Positions 17,348-22,590 of a DNA stretch of 22,590 nucleotides are shown here, one piece after another. The stretch is from IMG/VR virus record IMGVR_UViG_2585427750_000023, positions 1 through 22,590 of that record, one strand, 5' to 3'. The first letter of the stretch is position 1; each line of letters starts with the position of its first letter. A program made the position numbers and the translations under genes. The notes beneath the pieces are model-generated. The model ran no database searches. It saw only the letters and a list, made by a program, of their open reading frames with translations, and was not told the origin of the DNA. Origin of the DNA: a virus. Lineage: Duplodnaviria > Heunggongvirae > Uroviricota > Caudoviricetes.

Positions 17348-19546
17348 TTACTGCTGTGGTTGTTGCTGAGTTGATTTTTGCAGGATGCTGCTGATGTCCA
17401 TGCGCTGCGCATGGCCCTGTGCCTGACTTTTCAGGACAAGCTCTGCATCAGCACGGGCATTATCTCCTTGCTGTTGCTGGAACTGTCCGAGCAGTTTCAG
17501 AGCCTCGCGGATATCAGATTTCTGCTGACTATCGGCAGATGCGAGTATTTTCACAACATTTGCCGCTGCAACCTGAGCATCAGTCTGTGCCTGGAATGCT
17601 TTAACCTGAATGGCTGCCTGTTCGTTCTGCGCTTTCTGCAATTCAGCCTGACCAGCAAGAAGCTGACCTTGCGCTGCAACCATAGCCGGATCTGGCTGAC
17701 TGGCCTGTTGTTGTTTCGCCTGTTCAACCATCTGCTGTTCTTCAGGCGTTCTCGGCTTGATAACGCCAGACAGAAGCAACTGATTGCGGTTGTATTCTTT
17801 AAGGTCGTCCATCCCTTCGCCGTCCATATTGTCGAGAATCATCGACGATACAAGGTCGTGCTTCGGCGTTCCTGGTGGGATAAGTGCCAGCATGGAAAGT
17901 AACGACTTAACCGTTGCATCACGGCGAGTAGCGAACGACTGACCGACATCGACAGTCACTTCATAGTTGCCCTGCGAAAGGTCATTAAGAGCGATAACCT
18001 GGCCTGTCTGACGGTCAACCACTTCACCAGTCATCAGCGCCACGTCATCGCTGCCGTCCTCATTAACGATACGCATCGGCGTATCACTGCCATAGACCTC
18101 ACGTGCCATAGAAAGCCACACGACGCCAGCGCGACGCATGGATTTAGCCATGTTGTCCATGTAGATATAGGACTGCGTATCCATCCGGTTAAAGATGCTA
18201 TCAACGGTATCGGTGGCGACGTTGCTCGGCATGTTCTCAATCTGCGACGCACCTGTAATTTGCTGAATAGCCGTTCCGGTGTACTGCAATAGCCCAGCAA
18301 GAGCAGGAGGCATTTGTGTCGGAGGTGTATAACTACTTACCTGAGCCTGCGCAGTAATATCGCCGTTTTTGTTTTTCAGACTGACCATCGGCAGGAACGC
18401 CGGGCGCTTTTTGTTGCGCTCCGCCCAATGAGTGGCGAGAGGACCAGGAATCATGTCAACATCAACTACAGGAATGCCATCACCGCCAGCCTGAGTAGCG
18501 TTATCTGCAATCATAGAAACCATCAGGTTCTCAAGACGCTGTGCATCCATCGCTTTTGCTGCGTGACCTTCGATTCGCTCCTGATTATCAACAAATGAGC
18601 GACGCCCATATACCGGGATGAGTGGAATATGTTCGCCTGGAATACGCTTCGGTTCTTCCAGCCATTCAGCGCCAGACAGAAGTCCGCAATAAACGCGGCG
18701 CTTCTTCACCGTTCGCTCGCCAATCAGTTCGAATGCACCATCGGTCAGCTCGTCGACAATATCTTTGATTTGCTCTTCATCATAGATTGCCGTTTCTCCG
18801 CTAACAGGGTTGCGCCACGCCGTGAGCTTCACCTTCTCTATGCGGACTTCGTAGTAACGTCCAACATAGATGGCATCGGGCGTTGACCAGTCATACTGAG
18901 TACCAGTGTCATCACGAGAAAGACTTGCTGCGATGGAATCAGGGTATTCAGCCTCGAACGCTTTAGGCGTCATGGAGAACATTTCCATAGCCCACATAGC
19001 ATCAGAGCGGTCATATTGCTTGCTGTCCTGATCGAAGAAGACGCATGTCGCCGGGTCGTAAACAGGAAGAAGGCTGATGCGTCGCTGCTCGTTACTTGGG
19101 TCCATTTCATCTTCGTAATCGGCACACATGCGGAAACAACCAAATCCGCCTGTTACAGCATCATCAAATGCGTTATCACACGCTTCGCCACCGGATGTTT
19201 CCTGATAGTCAGCGCGGAATTTGCCGTTCATCTTTTCGGCTAACGCTTCCGATGCCTTATCGTCCTTCGGCCTGAATTTAACGCTGATGCGATTCTGTCG
19301 ATACTCGCCAATGATGCGATCACATTCACGGGAAATCTTATTCAGTTCAAAGCGCGGGTAATGCTCAAACCTGCCCTCATCAAATGAGTAACCAGCGTTT
19401 GTACTGCCTTCCCACTGTGCGCCGGACACCCGGACGAAACGTTGAGCCTCAATAATCTGCTCACGCATATCCTGCGTTGCTGACCAGGCATTATCAAAGT
19501 TGCACAGCACCTTGCGATGCCAGTCAGTCATCTTTTTTTCTGCCAT
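17348..19546 (-). CDS. Portal protein (P22 gp1-like) with long C-terminal helical barrel
   Basis: 732 aa; ..GEHIPLIPVYG.. core and C-terminal PRTPEEQQMVEQAKQQQASQPDPAMVAAQGQLLAGQAELQKAQN match recalled P22 portal. Confidence 0.9.
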   Translation of the reverse strand: MAEKKMTDWHRKVLCNFDNAWSATQDMREQIIEAQRFVRVSGAQWEGSTNAGYSFDEGRFEHYPRFELNKISRECDRIIGEYRQNRISVKFRPKDDKASEALAEKMNGKFRADYQETSGGEACDNAFDDAVTGGFGCFRMCADYEDEMDPSNEQRRISLLPVYDPATCVFFDQDSKQYDRSDAMWAMEMFSMTPKAFEAEYPDSIAASLSRDDTGTQYDWSTPDAIYVGRYYEVRIEKVKLTAWRNPVSGETAIYDEEQIKDIVDELTDGAFELIGERTVKKRRVYCGLLSGAEWLEEPKRIPGEHIPLIPVYGRRSFVDNQERIEGHAAKAMDAQRLENLMVSMIADNATQAGGDGIPVVDVDMIPGPLATHWAERNKKRPAFLPMVSLKNKNGDITAQAQVSSYTPPTQMPPALAGLLQYTGTAIQQITGASQIENMPSNVATDTVDSIFNRMDTQSYIYMDNMAKSMRRAGVVWLSMAREVYGSDTPMRIVNEDGSDDVALMTGEVVDRQTGQVIALNDLSQGNYEVTVDVGQSFATRRDATVKSLLSMLALIPPGTPKHDLVSSMILDNMDGEGMDDLKEYNRNQLLLSGVIKPRTPEEQQMVEQAKQQQASQPDPAMVAAQGQLLAGQAELQKAQNEQAAIQVKAFQAQTDAQVAAANVVKILASADSQQKSDIREALKLLGQFQQQQGDNARADAELVLKSQAQGHAQRMDISSILQKSTQQQPQQ

Positions 19547-19547
19547 A

Positions 19548-20963
19548 TCAACCTACACCACAAGGAATTGAGTAACTGGAATAGTCGGGTTGCGCAGCCG
19601 ACTCCGGGCAATGCATACACATCATCAATGCATCAGCCAGGTTAGGAGATGGAATACCGAGCTTCTGCTTCATTTCGACCTTAGTCATAAGCTCCAGCTT
19701 CCCGTTGTTATTGAATTTGCGCTGAATCTGCGTCAGTTCTGCAAACAGCTTCTCCAGCATCTTCTCGCCTATTGCTTCTTTGTCGAAACTCAGCATGTCG
19801 TCGGGGTCTGCATACTCACCGTGGACAACCGCCCGATATGTCAGATAAAGCCTGTCAGCCAGCGCGTAATAGAATTGCGCTCGCTTATTGCGGAACACAT
19901 CACCAATAGTGCGAACGTTGTCGCCCTGTACGACTTCATCAGCCCATGCTCCGGCCTGATACGGTGCATCTTCATCGAATGGCGATTCGCTGCCCTTGAA
20001 CATCGTGGCGGTGATTTTCTTGCCGGAGAACGCTTCCGTTGTCTGTCTGCGTAGCCCGGCACCAACACCATCACCATCCCACAGGTAATGGTCAGCGCCG
20101 TCTTCAATCGCCAGCGAAGTAGCCCAGTCAGCACCCTCGTTGATGTCCATCAGCAGGCCTTCGGCAATGCGCTTAACAACCGAACCGTGACGCGATGCAT
20201 AACCTTTAGCATCCGGCCCTGTATCTGACGGGTCATGTGCAGAAACAACAGCGCCTTTCGCTTTCCATCCTAGTTTCTTGTGCGCATCGGTTGCGGCTTC
20301 AAGCCATTCACGTTTGATGATTGCCATATCACTTGCGCTTACTGGCTCACCAAGCCAGATGTGACGATACAGGGTCGGATTTCTGCGTTTACACTCTTCC
20401 ATCTCCAGACGGAGAACTTCAGGAAAGTGCGGGTTGTCGGTGTAGTTCACCGTCAGCAGGCAAATATCATCTGGAGGATTTACGGCGAATCGCTGATAGG
20501 TATCGTCGAGGATGTTTTTCGGGTTAAAGCTCACCCATATTTCGGAAAATGGCTTGCGGATGGTTGGTATCAGGATATCCCATGATTCCTTCGTTACCGC
20601 TTCCGCTTCCTCCACCCAGCAGATATCAATGCCTTCTAGCGATTTAATCTTCGTCGGGTTGTTTTTGATGCCGTAGAACATGAATTCAGCATTCGTTCCG
20701 AGATGACGAATCATTGAACGCTGAATTTCAAACTCAGCCGAATACCCTTCCCGCTCTATGGTGTCTTCAAGCAACCGGATTACCGAATCGCTGATACTGT
20801 TTTGCAGTTCACGAGCACAGAGAATACGCACTGGCTGCCGACGCGCCGCTTCAACAAGCAGCCTCGCAATTGCCCATGATTTACCGCTACCTCGACCGCC
20901 TTTGGCGACTTTGTAGCGATGCGCCTCAATGAACGGTTCAAAGATAGGATTAATCGAGGTCAT
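19548..20963 (-). CDS. Terminase large subunit (Sf6 gp2-type)
   Basis: 471 aa; Walker A KGGRGSGKS near N-terminus, nuclease-type C-terminal half; N-terminus MTSINPIFEPFIEAHRYKVAKGG recalled as Sf6 gp2; ATGA overlap with small terminase. Confidence 0.9.
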   Translation of the reverse strand: MTSINPIFEPFIEAHRYKVAKGGRGSGKSWAIARLLVEAARRQPVRILCARELQNSISDSVIRLLEDTIEREGYSAEFEIQRSMIRHLGTNAEFMFYGIKNNPTKIKSLEGIDICWVEEAEAVTKESWDILIPTIRKPFSEIWVSFNPKNILDDTYQRFAVNPPDDICLLTVNYTDNPHFPEVLRLEMEECKRRNPTLYRHIWLGEPVSASDMAIIKREWLEAATDAHKKLGWKAKGAVVSAHDPSDTGPDAKGYASRHGSVVKRIAEGLLMDINEGADWATSLAIEDGADHYLWDGDGVGAGLRRQTTEAFSGKKITATMFKGSESPFDEDAPYQAGAWADEVVQGDNVRTIGDVFRNKRAQFYYALADRLYLTYRAVVHGEYADPDDMLSFDKEAIGEKMLEKLFAELTQIQRKFNNNGKLELMTKVEMKQKLGIPSPNLADALMMCMHCPESAAQPDYSSYSIPCGVG

Positions 20964-21385
20964 TTTCCGAATAGAGTGCTCATCGGTGATGTTTCAATCT
21001 GGATTGCGCCGCCGTCTTTGCCGACAAGCTCATTAGTTACCTTGTCGCCATACTTACGTGGATTCATTCGGGCCAGCGCCCATTTGCGGGTATCAACGCG
21101 AAGTCTTGCCTTTGCCACCTCAGCAGCATCTGGAATCGCATTGTCAGCAATTTCGAATATCTCTTCGAAAATAGAATCAGCTCGTGCCTCAGTTGCCTTC
21201 GCGTACTTGTCTCTAAATTCGTCATGCTCTGACAGCCAGCGAAATACAGTAGCCTTTGCTGGCATGCCGGGGCGCTTGCAAACCTTAACCAGACTTTCCC
21301 CGGAGGCAAGCAGCGCACAGATATCATCAGCCACCTCCGGCAGGTAATCCGAAGGGCGACCGACGTTCTTTTTCTCAGTCGCCAT
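20960..21385 (-). CDS. Terminase small subunit (Sf6 gp1-type)
   Basis: 141 aa; GRPSDYLPEVADDICALLASGESLVKVCKRPGMP helix-turn-helix N-terminus recalled as Sf6 gp1-like; immediately upstream of and overlapping the large terminase. Confidence 0.85.
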   Translation of the reverse strand: MATEKKNVGRPSDYLPEVADDICALLASGESLVKVCKRPGMPAKATVFRWLSEHDEFRDKYAKATEARADSIFEEIFEIADNAIPDAAEVAKARLRVDTRKWALARMNPRKYGDKVTNELVGKDGGAIQIETSPMSTLFGK

Positions 21386-21464
21386 ATTGATTATTTCCCT
21401 TCTGCTTGCTTATCCCATTCATCGCGGAATTTGGATGGGTTGTCGAAACCTTGAGTTGCCATGT

Positions 21465-21707
21465 TTATGCTCCGGTAGTGAACAGGTCTAACGCTTCCTT
21501 CGATTTACGCACCGCTTCGATAGTGCGGTTCGTGATATCTGAATTAGCGCCGCCTGACTGGAAGTGAATTTTGAATAGCTCAAGCTTCAGCACGTCAGTG
21601 CCAATGAACTGAAATGCTTCTTCTGCGGCTGCGTTCTGGTTCATGACCAGTTTGTAAATCTCTAACTTGAATTTCTGTTCTTCAGTCATGGGAATAATCT
21701 CTGCCAT
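21465..21707 (-). CDS. Hypothetical small protein at the P22 orf80 position (between rha and terminase)
   Basis: 80-aa ORF with GGAG RBS 7 nt upstream. Confidence 0.55.
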   Translation of the reverse strand: MAEIIPMTEEQKFKLEIYKLVMNQNAAAEEAFQFIGTDVLKLELFKIHFQSGGANSDITNRTIEAVRKSKEALDLFTTGA

Positions 21708-22065
21708 TGTTGGCTCCGTTTATCCGTTAAAAGGGATATCAGTTAAGTTATCCCGTGTAGGGTATAAGCCATTGTCGAGACCACTCATTGAATGGTCTCT
21801 GCAATAACCGATGTCTTTCCATCAGTCCGCCACCACAAAGAATCTTTTTTGCCATAAGGCAGGGGGTTCATCTTTCAGTGGCTGCCAGTGTTATTTCCCC
21901 ACTTACTGGCTTGGGTTGTTTCGCTGTACTGCCGTTAACTGGTGGCGCACAGATTTAGTTAAATCCGTTCTCGCCTGAACTATCTTTTACATACCCGGAT
22001 TGTGGGGATGTAAATCACGGTTTCATTATCAAGCCCACCAGTGGATGGGCTTTGTGATGGCATCT

Positions 22066-22590
22066 TCAATTAATCAGCAATTCGGGCTGCGTCACCTGCA
22101 AGATGTATTCATGCTCGACAGCCAGGACACGCTTCTCTTTCTTCCGTTCGTTCATTAACCGACTGCCGATCGTACCTTTCAGCTTTGAGCGTGTTTCTTT
22201 GATGGCGTAGCGGTGCTGCATTTCTTCGCCAATTGCCATGCGGCGGCTCAGTTGCTCTGCCATCCAGTTGAATGCCGCGATATAGCTCTCCTTGATTGCC
22301 GCAGCAGCTTTCCCGGTGAACCCCATCACAACCATGATCCAGCCATCTTTCGTCAGGCTGTACATCGGGCGAACCTTGCCCTGCTCATCGATATAATCAG
22401 CCGACGCAAAATTGCGTTGGCTAAACTCACGCGAGCAATCAGCCTTAACCTGCTCGATTTTCCTGAGAACATCACCGTGTCGCTTGCCGAAGTACTTGGC
22501 AATTTTTCTGGATGTGGTAACGACCTCTCCGTTTTTGGCTTGCACCATTTCTCGGAAGTCGAAGGCTGGAATAACTGAATGATTATTCAT
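22066..22590 (-). CDS. Rha-family phage regulatory protein; start codon lies exactly at the window edge, so completeness is uncertain
   Basis: N-terminal KIAKYFGKRHGDVLRKIE motif typical of the Phage_pRha domain; 174 aa to the in-window ATG. Confidence 0.7.
   Translation of the reverse strand: MNNHSVIPAFDFREMVQAKNGEVVTTSRKIAKYFGKRHGDVLRKIEQVKADCSREFSQRNFASADYIDEQGKVRPMYSLTKDGWIMVVMGFTGKAAAAIKESYIAAFNWMAEQLSRRMAIGEEMQHRYAIKETRSKLKGTIGSRLMNERKKEKRVLAVEHEYILQVTQPELLIN

Larger units (their letters stand above)
1084..22590. mobile_element. P22-like temperate prophage integrated at argW (partial; continues past the right window edge). attL core presumably overlaps the 3' end of argW; exact core not definable without the attR copy
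   Basis: tRNA-adjacent integrase followed by contiguous phage structural, packaging and immI genes in P22 synteny. Confidence 0.85.

Noticed and set aside
17378-20585. Various ORFs antisense to portal and terminase (e.g. 17378..17902, 19590..20054, 20280..20585)
   Set aside because: Shadow ORFs opposite strongly supported packaging genes.
21708-22065. tRNA gene in the rha-orf80 gap
   Set aside because: GGTTCAT-like T-loop fragments are present but no acceptor/anticodon stem arrangement could be folded by hand on either strand.
1-22590. CRISPR array, IS element or transposase, rRNA
   Set aside because: No regularly spaced direct repeats, no terminal inverted repeats flanking a transposase-like ORF, no rRNA-like sequence seen.
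22066-22590. Lysis cassette (holin/endolysin/spanin) at the right end
   Set aside because: Not present in the window; the last gene is Rha-like. The lysis genes are presumably further right, outside the window.

Overview
The window is the left host-prophage junction of an E. coli/Shigella-type chromosome: the host gene yfdC (1..933, +), tRNA-Arg(CCU) argW (1009..1083, +), then a P22-like (Lederbergvirus-type) prophage that runs to the window edge at 22590 and beyond. All calls rest on reading the translated ORFs and the DNA by eye; no database search was possible, and similarities to P22/Sf6 proteins are from recollection of those sequences. The prophage starts with a tyrosine integrase (1245..2402, +) and then, on the minus strand and read right to left, carries a complete late morphogenesis operon: Rha-like protein, orf80-like small protein, small and large terminase, portal, scaffold, coat, a small ORF, gp4, gp10, gp26 tail needle, gp14, the three ejection proteins gp7/gp20/gp16 and a tailspike. 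Between gp16 and the tailspike sits an immI-type module: mnt (+) divergent from arc-orf67-ant (-). Most interesting are (1) the tailspike, which keeps the conserved P22-family head-binding N-terminus but carries SGNH/GDSL esterase motifs instead of a recognisable glycosidase module; (2) a three-gene cluster of unknown membrane-associated proteins downstream of mnt at the sieA-equivalent position, a candidate lysogen-expressed exclusion/defence module; (3) a zinc-ribbon-like small ORF inserted between arc and ant with ATGA overlap to arc; and (4) a candidate sar-like antisense RNA opposite the ant start. The slot between int and tailspike where such phages usually carry O-antigen conversion genes is empty. 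No CRISPR array, IS element or rRNA was seen.
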